Origin: Comamonadaceae bacterium
GTDB lineage: Bacteria > Pseudomonadota > Gammaproteobacteria > Burkholderiales > Burkholderiaceae_C
Reading direction: 5' to 3'
Length of the DNA: 51,987 nucleotides
Assembly: GCA_947372495.1 (NCBI GenBank)
Contig: CANBTZ010000001.1
Location: 1-51,987 of the forward strand
Part shown: positions 26,446 through 36,050 of the stretch, piece after piece
Layout of the letters: every line of letters begins with the position of its first letter
How positions within the stretch are numbered: the first letter of the stretch is position 1
The notes under the pieces: generated by a model
Told to the model about the DNA's origin: nothing
What the model saw: the letters and a program-made list of their open reading frames with translations, nothing else
The model's database searches: none
Translations under genes and position numbers: made by a program

Positions 26446-26922
26446 ATGAAAATTACCCAAGACACCGTCGTCACCATGCACTACAAAGTGGTGAACGCAC
26501 AGGGCCAGTTGCTCGACAAGGCGCAAGAGCCCACGTCGTACTTGCACGGTGGCTACGACAACACCCTGCCCAAAATCGAAGAAGCGCTGGAAGGTCAGGA
26601 AGTGGGTTTTGCCACCACGCTGAACCTGTCGGCCGCCGACGCCTTTGGCGAGCGCGATGAGAGCTTGGTGCAGACCATCTCGAAAAAAGACTTTCCACCG
26701 GGCGTCAAGGTGGGCGGTCAGCTGCGTGGTCGCACGGCCGAAGGGCAAGAGCAGGTGTTCAACGTGGTCAAGATCAAGGGCGATCAGGTCATCCTGGATG
26801 CCAACCACCCTTGGGCCGGGCAGAACCTGAGCTTGAGCCTGAAGGTGCTGGAAGTGCGTGCGGCCTCGGCCGACGAGGTCACGCACCGCCATGCGCACGG
26901 AGCGCACGGCCACCACCATTGA
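26446..26922 (+). CDS. slyD: FKBP-type peptidyl-prolyl isomerase SlyD
   Basis: YLHGGY...IEEALEG, AFGERD, DANHPWAG; His-rich tail. Confidence 0.9.
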   Translation: MKITQDTVVTMHYKVVNAQGQLLDKAQEPTSYLHGGYDNTLPKIEEALEGQEVGFATTLNLSAADAFGERDESLVQTISKKDFPPGVKVGGQLRGRTAEGQEQVFNVVKIKGDQVILDANHPWAGQNLSLSLKVLEVRAASADEVTHRHAHGAHGHHH

Positions 26923-26925
26923 GTT

Positions 26926-27711
26926 TTAGGCGGCCAAGTCCTGGTCTGAGGGGCTGGCGCTGAAGCAGGCCTTGACGGTGAACAACATCGATGTGAAGAA
27001 CATCGCGGTCACCATCAGGGCCAGTGGCATCAGCACCGCCATCAGCATCTGGGCATCGCCCAGCAAGCTGGCAACCAGCAAAGCGATCAGGCCTGAGCCT
27101 GCAAAAACGACCACCCAGGCCAAGGTGTAGACGGTGAAGGCCGCCTTGTTGCGCCAGCAGGCCATCCAGCTGAAAAACAAGCTTTTGACGGGCTCGATCT
27201 GCTGCCAGTACACCAGCGCAGGTGCGTGCCAGAACAGCATGGACAGCGGCACGTACAGCAGCATGGTCGTCCACATGGCGGCTTGGAAGGCGTCGCTTGT
27301 GACCAGCTCGGGGCTCACAGTGGCCCCGCCCAAATAGACTTTGGCGAACCCGCCGCCATCGGCCAGCATGGACGCGGCCATCAGCAGCAGCAAACCTGCG
27401 GCATACAGCCCGCCCAAAATCAACATCGGTTTGCGCCGCGTTTTGTCTTTGAACGGGGACAACAAAATCCCGGGCATGGGGAACAGCCCCTCGCTGGCTT
27501 TTTGGGTGGCGGCCATGATGCCCGCGGTCAGACCCGGCAGCAGCAGCAACGCCAGCGCGCCGCCCACAAGCGGCACCATCGACACCAGCGAGACCACCGC
27601 CATGAACAAAAAGAACAGGCCCGACATGGCCAGGGGCTGACGCCAGAAGGTGCGGATGCCCAGCACGGCCCACTGCAGGCCTTCGCGGGCAGGGACGGTG
27701 CGCAAGTTCAT
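26926..27711 (-). CDS. BPSS1780-family membrane protein
   Basis: MNLRTVPAREGLQW, WHAPALVYW, KSLFFS..ACWRN; follows thrB. Confidence 0.78.
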   Translation of the reverse strand: MNLRTVPAREGLQWAVLGIRTFWRQPLAMSGLFFLFMAVVSLVSMVPLVGGALALLLLPGLTAGIMAATQKASEGLFPMPGILLSPFKDKTRRKPMLILGGLYAAGLLLLMAASMLADGGGFAKVYLGGATVSPELVTSDAFQAAMWTTMLLYVPLSMLFWHAPALVYWQQIEPVKSLFFSWMACWRNKAAFTVYTLAWVVVFAGSGLIALLVASLLGDAQMLMAVLMPLALMVTAMFFTSMLFTVKACFSASPSDQDLAA

Positions 27712-27725
27712 GGTGGGTGAAGGCA

Positions 27726-28676
27726 TCAAAGGAGGACAGGTTGCGCAATGCGTTCGCGCAGTACCCGTTCAAAGTGGGTGGGGTCGTGGGGTTTGAGCAT
27801 CGAAGCTTCGCGTGGCAGGTGATAGTCCCACAAACGCGAGATCCAGAAGCGCAAAGCCCCTGCGCGCAAAAGGGCAGGCAGCAAAGTACGCTCTGCCGCG
27901 CTCAAGGGGCGAACCGCCAAATAGGCCCGCAGCATGGCCTGGGCGCGCTCGGCGTCGTGCACCCCTGTGGGCAAGTCGATGCACCAGTCGTTCAGGCACA
28001 CGCACAAGTCAAACAACAAGGTGTCGACCCCTGCGAAATAGAAATCAAAAAAGCCGGTCAGCTGCTCGCCGTCAAACATGACGTTGTCGCGGAACAGGTC
28101 GGCGTGCACCGGGCCACGGGGCAGCGCGGTGTAGGCACTGCTGGCCGCCACATGGTTTTGGTAGGCCAGTTCGCTGCGCAGCAGGGCGGCCTGCGTGTCA
28201 TGAAGGTAGGGCAGCACCACGGGCACGGTTTCGTTCCACCAGGCCAGACCTCGCAGGTTGGGTTGACTGCGGTTGTAGTCGGCCCCGGCCAAGTGCATGC
28301 GCGCCAGCATGTCGCCCACAGCGGCGCAGTGCACGGCTTGGGGTTGCAACTGACTTTTGCCTGCGAGCTTGTTGACCACGGCAGCCGGTTTGCCGCTCAC
28401 GGCGTGCAGGATGTCGCCATCGCGGTTGGCCGCCGGGTCAGGCACCGGGATGCCTCGGCCCGCCAGGTGTTTCATCAGTTGCAGGTAAAAAGGCAGCTGC
28501 TCTTGCGTCAGGCGCTCAAACAAGGTGAGCACGTACTCTCCCTGATCGGTGGTGGCGAAGTAGTTGGTGTTTTCAATGCCGCCTTCGATGCCCCGCAAAG
28601 CGGTGAGCTGGCCCAAGTTCAGGGCTTGCATCAGGTCGTTGGCCTGGGTTTCGGAGACTTCGGTGAATACCGCCAT
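27726..28676 (-). CDS. thrB: Homoserine kinase (type II, APH-like)
   Basis: [43 protein letters not shown]. Confidence 0.95.
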   Translation of the reverse strand: MAVFTEVSETQANDLMQALNLGQLTALRGIEGGIENTNYFATTDQGEYVLTLFERLTQEQLPFYLQLMKHLAGRGIPVPDPAANRDGDILHAVSGKPAAVVNKLAGKSQLQPQAVHCAAVGDMLARMHLAGADYNRSQPNLRGLAWWNETVPVVLPYLHDTQAALLRSELAYQNHVAASSAYTALPRGPVHADLFRDNVMFDGEQLTGFFDFYFAGVDTLLFDLCVCLNDWCIDLPTGVHDAERAQAMLRAYLAVRPLSAAERTLLPALLRAGALRFWISRLWDYHLPREASMLKPHDPTHFERVLRERIAQPVLL

Positions 28677-28762
28677 GGGGGAGCGCCGTCAGAGGGCCAG
28701 CAAGGCTGACCGGATGGGAAAAGGACGATTGTAGAGGGGCGATCCCGGTACACAATCGGGGG

Positions 28763-31603
28763 ATGAGCGAAAACACCCCAGAAACATCCAAGCCGACCCT
28801 CTTGTTGGTCGACGGCTCCAGCTACCTGTACCGTGCCTTCCACGCCATGCCCGACCTGCGGGCTGTGCCCGGCGACCCGACGAGTGCCGCCACGGGCGCC
28901 ATTCGCGGCATGATCAACATGATGGAGCGGCTGCGCAAGGATGTGCCGGCTGTGTATGCCGTGTGCGTGTTTGACGCCAAGGGACCGACATTTCGCGATG
29001 AGATGTACCCCGAGTACAAAGCCAACCGCAGTCCCATGCCCGACGATTTGCGCACGCAGATCGAACCGATCCACGAGCTGGTGCGCCTGATGGGCTGGAC
29101 GGTGCTGGACGTGCCCGGTGTGGAAGCCGACGACGTGATCGCCACCTTGGCCCATGTGGCCGCGCAGCAGGGCATCATGGTCACGGTGTCGAGCGGCGAC
29201 AAAGACTTGAGCCAGCTGGTGAACGAGCACATCACCATCATTGACACCATGAACGGCAAAGTGCGTGATGTGGCGGGCGTGACCGCCGAGTTTGGCGTGC
29301 CGCCATCGCTCATGATCGATTACCAGACCTTGGTGGGCGACACGGTGGACAACGTGCCGGGTGTGGCCAAGGTGGGCCCCAAGACGGCGGCCAAGTGGCT
29401 GATGGAATACGGTTCGCTCGACAAGCTGATGGAAAACGCCCACGACATCAAGGGCGTGGCGGGCGAAAACCTGCGCCAGGCGGTGGATTGGTTGCCCAAG
29501 GGCCGGGCGCTGGTGACCATGAAAACCGATTGCGACTTGAGTGCTTGGGTGCCCGATTTGCCGTCGCTGGCCAGCCTGCACCTGCACGAGCCTGACAAAG
29601 ACAAGCTGCTCGATTTTTACCAGACCTATGGTTTCAAAGGGCTGGTGCAGTCGTTGGGTGGGACGGTGCCCGCGCCTGTGGCCAAAGCCAAAACCGCCAA
29701 ACCCAAAGATACGGGCATGGGCGATTTGTTTGGTGGTGACGAGGCTCAAGCGGCCCCGGCTCTGCTCGAGTTGGACAGTGCCGCCAGCGCCGTGCAAGGC
29801 GATTTGAAATACGACACCGTGCTGGACTGGGCAGCGTTCGACACTTGGCTGGCCCGCATCGAGCAAGCTCCCCTCACCGCCATCGACACTGAAACCACTT
29901 CTTTGGATGCCATGCGGGCTGAGATCGTGGGCATCTCGCTGAGCGTCACGCCCGGCGAGGCGGCCTACATTCCGCTGGCCCACAACGGTCCCGGTGCGCC
30001 CGAGCAACTGCCGCTGGCAGAGGTCCTGGCCAAGCTCAAGCCTTGGTTGGAAAACCCGGCCCACCACAAGCTGGGTCAGAACATCAAATACGACCGCCAT
30101 GTGTTTGCCAACCACGGCATCGAAGTGCAGGGTTATGCGCACGACACCATGCTGGAGAGCTATGTGCTTGAAGTGCACAAACCGCATGGCCTCAGTAGCC
30201 TCGCCGAGCGCCATGTGGGCCGCCGGGGCGTGACCTACGAAGACCTGTGCGGCAAGGGCGTGCACCAGATTCCGTTTGCGCAGGTGGACGTGGACAAGGC
30301 GGCGCACTATTCGTGCGAAGACTCGGACCAGTGCCTGGACGTGCATCTGGCGCTGTGGCCGCAAATCGAGGCGCATGCAGGACTGAAGTACGTGTACGAA
30401 CTCGAAATTGCCACCAGCGAAGCGCTCTACCGCATCGAACGCAACGGCGTGCTGATCGACGCGCCCACACTGGCCGCGCAAAGCCAGGCGCTGGGCGAGC
30501 GCATCGTGCAGCTCGAAACCGAAGCCTACGAGATCGCGGGCCAGCCCTTCAACCTGGCCAGCCCCAAGCAGCTGGGCGAGATCTTTTTTGACAAGCTGGG
30601 CTTGCCCGTCATCAAGAAAACCGCCACCGGGGCACGCAGCACTGACGAAGAGGTGCTCGAGAAACTGGCTGAAGACTACCCGCTGCCCGCCCGCATCCTG
30701 GAGCACCGGAGTCTTTCCAAGCTCAAAGGCACTTACACCGACAAACTGGCGCAGCTGGCCTTGCCGCGCACCGGCCGTGTGCACACCCATTACGCGCAGG
30801 CGGTGGCTGTCACGGGCCGCCTGTCGAGCAACGAGCCGAACCTGCAAAACATCCCGGTGCGCACCGCCGAAGGGCGCAAGGTGCGCGAGGCCTTTGTGGC
30901 CCCCGCAGGCTGCGTGATTGCGAGCGCCGACTACAGCCAGATCGAGCTGCGCATCATGGCGCACCTGAGCGACGATGCGGCCTTGCTCAAGGCCTTTCAT
31001 GAAGGGCTGGACGTGCACAAAGCCACGGCGGCCGAGGTGTTTGGCGCAACGCCCGACACCGTGAGCAGCGAGCAGCGCCGCTACGCCAAGACCATCAACT
31101 TCGGTTTGATTTACGGCATGAGCGCGTTTGGTCTGGCCAAGGCGCTGGGCATCGACAACACTGCCGCCAAGAACTACATCACCCGCTACTTTGAGCGTTT
31201 TGCGGGCGTCAAACACTATATGGACGCCACCCGCGAACAGGCCAAGGCGCTGGGTTATGTGGAGACCGTGTTTGGCCGCCGCTTGATGTTGCCCGAGATC
31301 AACAGCCCCAACGGCCCGCGCCGCGCCGGGGCCGAACGCGCCGCCATCAACGCGCCCATGCAGGGCACAGCGGCCGACCTGATCAAGCTGAGCATGGTGG
31401 CGGTGCAAAAAGCGCTCGACGAACAAGGCAAGGCCACCAAGGTCATCATGCAGGTGCACGACGAACTGGTGTTCGAGGTGCCTGAATCAGAAGTCGAGTG
31501 GGTGCGCACCGAGGTGCCGCGCCTCATGGCGGGTGTGGCGGACTTGAAGGTGCCGCTCTTGGCCGAAGTGGGCTTTGGACCGAACTGGGAGCAGGCGCAC
31601 TGA
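28763..31603 (+). CDS. polA: DNA polymerase I
   Basis: VDGSSYLYRAFH, EADDVI, DTETTSL, TGRLSS.EPNLQNIP, ADYSQIELR, AKTINFGLIYG, QVHDE. Confidence 0.98.
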   Translation: MSENTPETSKPTLLLVDGSSYLYRAFHAMPDLRAVPGDPTSAATGAIRGMINMMERLRKDVPAVYAVCVFDAKGPTFRDEMYPEYKANRSPMPDDLRTQIEPIHELVRLMGWTVLDVPGVEADDVIATLAHVAAQQGIMVTVSSGDKDLSQLVNEHITIIDTMNGKVRDVAGVTAEFGVPPSLMIDYQTLVGDTVDNVPGVAKVGPKTAAKWLMEYGSLDKLMENAHDIKGVAGENLRQAVDWLPKGRALVTMKTDCDLSAWVPDLPSLASLHLHEPDKDKLLDFYQTYGFKGLVQSLGGTVPAPVAKAKTAKPKDTGMGDLFGGDEAQAAPALLELDSAASAVQGDLKYDTVLDWAAFDTWLARIEQAPLTAIDTETTSLDAMRAEIVGISLSVTPGEAAYIPLAHNGPGAPEQLPLAEVLAKLKPWLENPAHHKLGQNIKYDRHVFANHGIEVQGYAHDTMLESYVLEVHKPHGLSSLAERHVGRRGVTYEDLCGKGVHQIPFAQVDVDKAAHYSCEDSDQCLDVHLALWPQIEAHAGLKYVYELEIATSEALYRIERNGVLIDAPTLAAQSQALGERIVQLETEAYEIAGQPFNLASPKQLGEIFFDKLGLPVIKKTATGARSTDEEVLEKLAEDYPLPARILEHRSLSKLKGTYTDKLAQLALPRTGRVHTHYAQAVAVTGRLSSNEPNLQNIPVRTAEGRKVREAFVAPAGCVIASADYSQIELRIMAHLSDDAALLKAFHEGLDVHKATAAEVFGATPDTVSSEQRRYAKTINFGLIYGMSAFGLAKALGIDNTAAKNYITRYFERFAGVKHYMDATREQAKALGYVETVFGRRLMLPEINSPNGPRRAGAERAAINAPMQGTAADLIKLSMVAVQKALDEQGKATKVIMQVHDELVFEVPESEVEWVRTEVPRLMAGVADLKVPLLAEVGFGPNWEQAH

Positions 31604-31612
31604 CCTGTGGCG

Positions 31613-31677
31613 TGTGGGAGCGGCGCCCTCGCCGCGAAAGCCCTCGCAGACCACCGACCACGGGGTGGACTCCTACA
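31613..31677. repeat. GTAG/GTGG-family REP doublet (copy 1)
   Basis: TGTGGGAGCGGCGCCCTCGCCGCGA ... GACTCCTACA; similar to 34201 and 48421. Confidence 0.7.
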
Positions 31678-32317
31678 AAACAGGTGACGGTGCTTGCCAT
31701 GGCACATGCTTGTGCATCATGGCTGCGAACCTCTCAGAGGCTTCAAACGCGGCCAACCAAGCGATCAGCTCGGGCCAAGGCTGCACCGCAAACCAATGCG
31801 GGTCGGTGTGGGCGAACTGCCGCACAAATGGCGCCTGCACCGCGTCGAGCAGCCCCCACTGCGGGCCTGACAGAAAGGCCTGCTGCTGCAACACAGCCGC
31901 CAAGGTGTGCAGGTGCGCAGCACCTGCGTCGCGGTGGCTCAGATCATCCTTCAGGCCAAAGCGCTGCGGGTATTTGTAGCGGTCCAGCTGCTGTTTGAAG
32001 GGGCCGTCGTTGCGCCCGATCTGCGCCAACCAGTCGCTGCGTGTGACCTCGTCGTCGGGTAGCCAGTGCTGCGGGTCGTTCTGTTGCAGTGCCCACAACA
32101 TGATGTCCAGGCTCTGGTCGATCACCCGGTTTTCGGCACGCAGCCACAGCACCGGCACCGTGCCCTTGGGCGAGAGGGCCAGCATGTGGGCGGGTTTGTT
32201 TTTGAGCTCGATCTCGCGGTGCTCATGCACCACGCCGCTGGCGTGCAGCGCCAACCGTGCCCGCATGGCATACGGGCAGCGGCGGAACGAATACAGAACG
32301 GGCAGGGCGTCGGGCAT
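31673..32317 (-). CDS. Glutathione S-transferase family protein
   Basis: LYSFRRCPYAMRAR, SPKGTVPVL, QSLDIM, FKQQLDRYKYP, PFVRQFA. Confidence 0.92.
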   Translation of the reverse strand: MPDALPVLYSFRRCPYAMRARLALHASGVVHEHREIELKNKPAHMLALSPKGTVPVLWLRAENRVIDQSLDIMLWALQQNDPQHWLPDDEVTRSDWLAQIGRNDGPFKQQLDRYKYPQRFGLKDDLSHRDAGAAHLHTLAAVLQQQAFLSGPQWGLLDAVQAPFVRQFAHTDPHWFAVQPWPELIAWLAAFEASERFAAMMHKHVPWQAPSPVL

Positions 32318-32407
32318 GGCGGCAGTTTAAATGGCCAACTTGGCACCGGCCGCACGCGCTTGTGCCAAGATAAGGCCACTTTGATGCGACAACTGAGGAG
32401 AACGGCC

Positions 32408-33304
32408 TTGAACAACGATCTGTTTGACGACACGCAAGCCCTGCTGGGTGGGCGCATGGGCGCACCGCATGCCAATCGCCGAGTGGCCTTGCAAGCCGCT
32501 TTGGGGCTGGGCTACGCCGCTGCTGCGGGCACAGTGATGGCGCAAACGGCCATCCAAACGTCAACTCAGGGCCTGGTGTCGGGCGAGGTCACCATCGATG
32601 TGAACGGGTTCAAGATGCCCGCTTACCGCAGTGCCCCGGCGGGCAAGGCCCATTGCCCTGTGGTGTTGGTGATATCCGAAATCTTTGGGGTGCACGCGTA
32701 CATCGCCGACGTCACCCGGCGACTGGCACAGGCGGGGTACATGGCGATTGCGCCGCAACTGTTCGTGCGCCAGGGCGATGCCAGCGCTTACAGCGAGATC
32801 GCCAAGCTGCAAGCCGAGGTGATCTCCAAGGTGCCCGATGCGCAGGTGATGGCCGATCTGGACGCCACCGTGGCCTGGGCGGCATCCAATGGCGGCGACA
32901 CCGATAAGCTGGCGATCACCGGTTTTTGCTGGGGTGGACGCATCACCTGGCTGTACGCCGCGCACCAGCCCAAGCTCAAGGCGGGTGTGGCCTGGTATGG
33001 GCGTGTGATGGGCAATGCCACAGCGCAGACGCCGCAGCACCCGGTGGCGTTGGCGGCACAGATCAAGGCCCCCGTGCTGGGGCTTTATGGGGGAGCGGAC
33101 ACCGGCATCCCTCTTGACACGCTTGATAAGATGAAAGCCGCATTGGCCGAGGGTTCGGCGGCTGGCAAAGCCAGCGAGTTTGTGGTTTATCCTGAGGCCC
33201 CGCACGCTTTTCATGCCGATTACCGGCCCAGCTACCGCGAGGCAGCGGCGGTGGACGGTTGGCAGCGCATGCTGGCTTGGCTCAAGCGCCAAGGTGTGGC
33301 TTGA
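32408..33304 (+). CDS. Dienelactone hydrolase family protein with probable Tat signal
   Basis: EIFGVH, GFCWGG, HAFHADYRPSY; TTG start with GAGGAG RBS; NRRVAL twin-arginine motif. Confidence 0.88.
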   Translation: MNNDLFDDTQALLGGRMGAPHANRRVALQAALGLGYAAAAGTVMAQTAIQTSTQGLVSGEVTIDVNGFKMPAYRSAPAGKAHCPVVLVISEIFGVHAYIADVTRRLAQAGYMAIAPQLFVRQGDASAYSEIAKLQAEVISKVPDAQVMADLDATVAWAASNGGDTDKLAITGFCWGGRITWLYAAHQPKLKAGVAWYGRVMGNATAQTPQHPVALAAQIKAPVLGLYGGADTGIPLDTLDKMKAALAEGSAAGKASEFVVYPEAPHAFHADYRPSYREAAAVDGWQRMLAWLKRQGVA

Positions 33305-33313
33305 GGCTTGAAA

Positions 33314-33340
33314 GGACCGCCCTTCGGGGCGGTTTGTTTT
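33314..33340 (+). terminator. Intrinsic terminator
   Basis: ACCGCCC-TTCG-GGGCGGT followed by TTGTTTT. Confidence 0.78.
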
Positions 33341-33383
33341 GGCGGTGGTTTGTGGTCGGGGGCCGTGTTCCCCAGATAGAAAA

Positions 33384-34196
33384 ATGAATTTATTGGCAAT
33401 TTTGGTGGGCACCTTGGTGGCAGGCATTGGCAGCGTCTGGCTGGCCGCGTGGCTGAGCTTTGGTGTGTTCAGCCGTTACACCCAGCACATGCTCAGCTTG
33501 GCGGCGGGCGCTTTGCTGGCCACGGCGTTTTTGCATTTGCTGCCCGAGGCCTTTGAGTCTGGTCTGGCCCCGCAGGCCCTGTTTTTGACCTTGCTGTTGG
33601 GCTTGGTGTTTTTCTTCTTGCTCGACAAGGCCGAGCTCTGGCACCACGGACATGAGCATCATCATGGTGACGCCCACCATGACCACCACGCTCATTCGCA
33701 CCCACATGCCCACGGACACCACCACGCACACGGCGAGCGCACAGCCGGTCATTGGGCGGTGCTGGCCGGGGACAGCGTGCATTGCTTTGGCGATGGCATT
33801 TTGATCGCCTCGGCCTTCATGGCCGATGTGCAGTTGGGGGTGATCGCCTCATTGGCGGTGTTGGCGCACGAGGTGCCGCACCACATGGGCGATCTGGTGG
33901 TTTTGCGCCAGGGCAGCAGCAACCGACGCGCAGCCGTGTTGAAGGTGTCCATGGCCGGGGCCATCACGGCGCTGGGCGGCGCGGTGGGTTTTGTGCTGGT
34001 CGATGCCTTGAAGGGCGGCTTGCCCTACTTTTTGGTGGTGGCCAGCAGCAGCTTCATTTACGTCGCGCTCGCCGACTTGATCCCGCAGTTGCAAAAACGC
34101 CTTTCAGCCAAAGAGACGGTGGCACAAATCATCTGGCTGGTGGGCGGCATGGCCATGGTGATGCTGGTCAGCGGCTTGGCCGCGCAACACCATTGA
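33384..34196 (+). CDS. ZIP-family zinc/metal transporter
   Basis: HLLPEA, His-rich loop, GDSVHCFGDG, AHEVPHHMGD, FIYVALADLIP. Confidence 0.92.
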   Translation: MNLLAILVGTLVAGIGSVWLAAWLSFGVFSRYTQHMLSLAAGALLATAFLHLLPEAFESGLAPQALFLTLLLGLVFFFLLDKAELWHHGHEHHHGDAHHDHHAHSHPHAHGHHHAHGERTAGHWAVLAGDSVHCFGDGILIASAFMADVQLGVIASLAVLAHEVPHHMGDLVVLRQGSSNRRAAVLKVSMAGAITALGGAVGFVLVDALKGGLPYFLVVASSSFIYVALADLIPQLQKRLSAKETVAQIIWLVGGMAMVMLVSGLAAQHH

Positions 34197-34200
34197 CGTG

Positions 34201-34274
34201 TGCAGGTGCGGCGCCCTCGCCGCGATAAACCGCTCGAAGACCGCAAATACTCGCCCCGAGCGCAGGGCGCCTAC
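34201..34274. repeat. REP doublet (copy 2, degenerate)
   Basis: TGCAGGTGCGGCGCCCTCGCCGCGATA ... TCGCCCCGAGCGCAGGGCGCCTAC between convergent genes. Confidence 0.65.
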
Positions 34275-34281
34275 CGAGGAC

Positions 34282-35136
34282 TCAGCCCTTGGCGCAGGGC
34301 AAACCGGCGGTGCGGCTCCACTCGCTCCAGCTGCCCGCATACAGCGCCGTGGGGCCGAAGCCGGCCAGTTCCATGGCGATCACATTGGGCACGGCAGTCA
34401 CGCCGCTGCCACAGTGGTGCACCACGCTGCTGGCGCTGCGGCCAGACAAAACTTGGTCCCATTCGGCCCGCAACACGTCGGGGCTTTTGAATAAACCTTC
34501 GGCGGTGAAGTTGTCGGTAAAGGGGCGGTTCAGTGCGCCCGGAATGTGCCCGGCCATCGGGTCCAGCGGCTCCACTTCCCCCCGGTAGCGGGGTGCGCCA
34601 CGGGCATCGACCACGGTTTGTGCCGGGCGGCCCAAGTCGGCCACCACTTTGTCGGTGAAGACCAGCTCACGCAAGGCAGGGCGCACTTCAAACGCTGCTG
34701 CAACGGGGGTGGCTGCAGAACCCGTTGCCACAGCACCGCCAGCAGCCTTCCAGCCTTGCAAGCCGCCGTCGAGCACTGCGATAGCGTCGTGACCGAGCCA
34801 TTTGAGCATCCACCACAAGCGACCGCAGTAGTGGCCCGCGTTGCGGTCGTACACCACCACTTGCGTGGCGTTGCCGATGCCCAGGCTGCCCAACCAGGCG
34901 GCCACGCGCTCGCGGGGCGGCAGCGGGTGGCGGCCGCCGTTGACGGCATCCGCGCCGTGGGTGCTCAGGTTGCGGTCCAGGTGGGCTTGCAGTGCGCCAG
35001 CAATGTGCTCGGCTTCGAACAGGCTGTCGGCCAATTCGGGCTTCATCAGGTCAAAACTGCAGTCCACGATGGCCAAGGGCGCGCCCTCACTTTGCAGGGC
35101 TTGCAGTTGGGCGGCGGTGATCAACAAGGGGTACAT
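34282..35136 (-). CDS. Tandem-rhodanese sulfurtransferase (SseA/3-mercaptopyruvate type)
   Basis: GRHPLP, RLWWML, LDGG, GHIPGA, CGSGVTA, LYAGSWSEW. Confidence 0.92.
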   Translation of the reverse strand: MYPLLITAAQLQALQSEGAPLAIVDCSFDLMKPELADSLFEAEHIAGALQAHLDRNLSTHGADAVNGGRHPLPPRERVAAWLGSLGIGNATQVVVYDRNAGHYCGRLWWMLKWLGHDAIAVLDGGLQGWKAAGGAVATGSAATPVAAAFEVRPALRELVFTDKVVADLGRPAQTVVDARGAPRYRGEVEPLDPMAGHIPGALNRPFTDNFTAEGLFKSPDVLRAEWDQVLSGRSASSVVHHCGSGVTAVPNVIAMELAGFGPTALYAGSWSEWSRTAGLPCAKG

Positions 35137-35149
35137 GGGGGCTCCGGGG

Positions 35150-36037
35150 TCAGTGTTCTTCGGCGGGGGCTTGGGGCAGGGCGCGTTTGCGCAGGGCGGT
35201 GGCGGCGATGCCGCTGGCCATGATCAGGGCCATGCCGGCCCAACCGATCAACGGGATCACGTCGCCAAACAGGAACAGCCCGTACAACGCAGCAAACACG
35301 ATGCCCGAATATTGCAAATTGGCCACGAGCAAGGTGGCGCCTCGCGTGTAGGCCTTGGTCATGCACAGCTGGCCCAGCGCGGCCAACAGGCCAATGGGCA
35401 AAAGCCACAGCACTTGTGGCCAGACCCAGTCACTGGCCCCTGTGAACAGCATGGCCACGCCGCCCACGATGCTGGTGCCAATGGAGAAATAAAACACGGT
35501 GCGCGATTCGGGTTCGCCCACGCGGCCCAGCGCGGCCACTTGGATGTAGGCCATGGCTGCGCCCAAGCCTGAGAGCAAGCCGATCACACCGGCAAACAAC
35601 TGGTTTTGCTCGATGGTGGGGCGCAGGATCATGATGACCCCGGCAAAGCCCGAAAGCACCGTGAGCACAATGGGGCCTTGGCGGCTGGCGTCTTGCAAGC
35701 GGCCCATGACCAGGGTGCCACCCACCAAAAAGGCTGCGACCCAGACGCCACTCATGTAGTTGAGCGTCATGGCTGTGGCCAGAGGCAGGTGGGCGATGGC
35801 ATAAAACCAGGCCGACAGCGAAGCCACACCCACGGCTGAGCGCCAAACATGCATCCATGGCACAGGTGTGCGAATCGAGACGCCCTGAGCCCGGCACAGG
35901 CTGGCCATGATGGCCATGCCGATCAGGCCCCGGTAATAAACCAGTTCAAAGGTGTTGAAGTGGACGGATGCGAACTTGATGCACACGCTCATGGTTGCGA
36001 AAAACACCGAAGCAAGGATCATCCAGGAAGCTTGCAT
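35150..36037 (-). CDS. DMT/EamA-family transporter
   Basis: About 10 TM helices in two EamA repeats. Confidence 0.88.
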   Translation of the reverse strand: MQASWMILASVFFATMSVCIKFASVHFNTFELVYYRGLIGMAIMASLCRAQGVSIRTPVPWMHVWRSAVGVASLSAWFYAIAHLPLATAMTLNYMSGVWVAAFLVGGTLVMGRLQDASRQGPIVLTVLSGFAGVIMILRPTIEQNQLFAGVIGLLSGLGAAMAYIQVAALGRVGEPESRTVFYFSIGTSIVGGVAMLFTGASDWVWPQVLWLLPIGLLAALGQLCMTKAYTRGATLLVANLQYSGIVFAALYGLFLFGDVIPLIGWAGMALIMASGIAATALRKRALPQAPAEEH

Positions 36038-36050
36038 CGTGGCTTTCGTC

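Noticed and set aside
28631-31459. 942-aa antisense ORF over polA, and similar long shadow ORFs (23904-25607, 17584-19416, 9588-11246, 49478-50857)
   Set aside because: They mirror well-supported genes on the opposite strand. This is expected from high-GC codon bias, and they show no family motifs.
33640-33735. His-codon-rich quasi-repeat in the ZIP gene (also the SlyD tail and the R/D-rich RhlE tail)
   Set aside because: Normal low-complexity protein features of these families, not DNA repeat elements.
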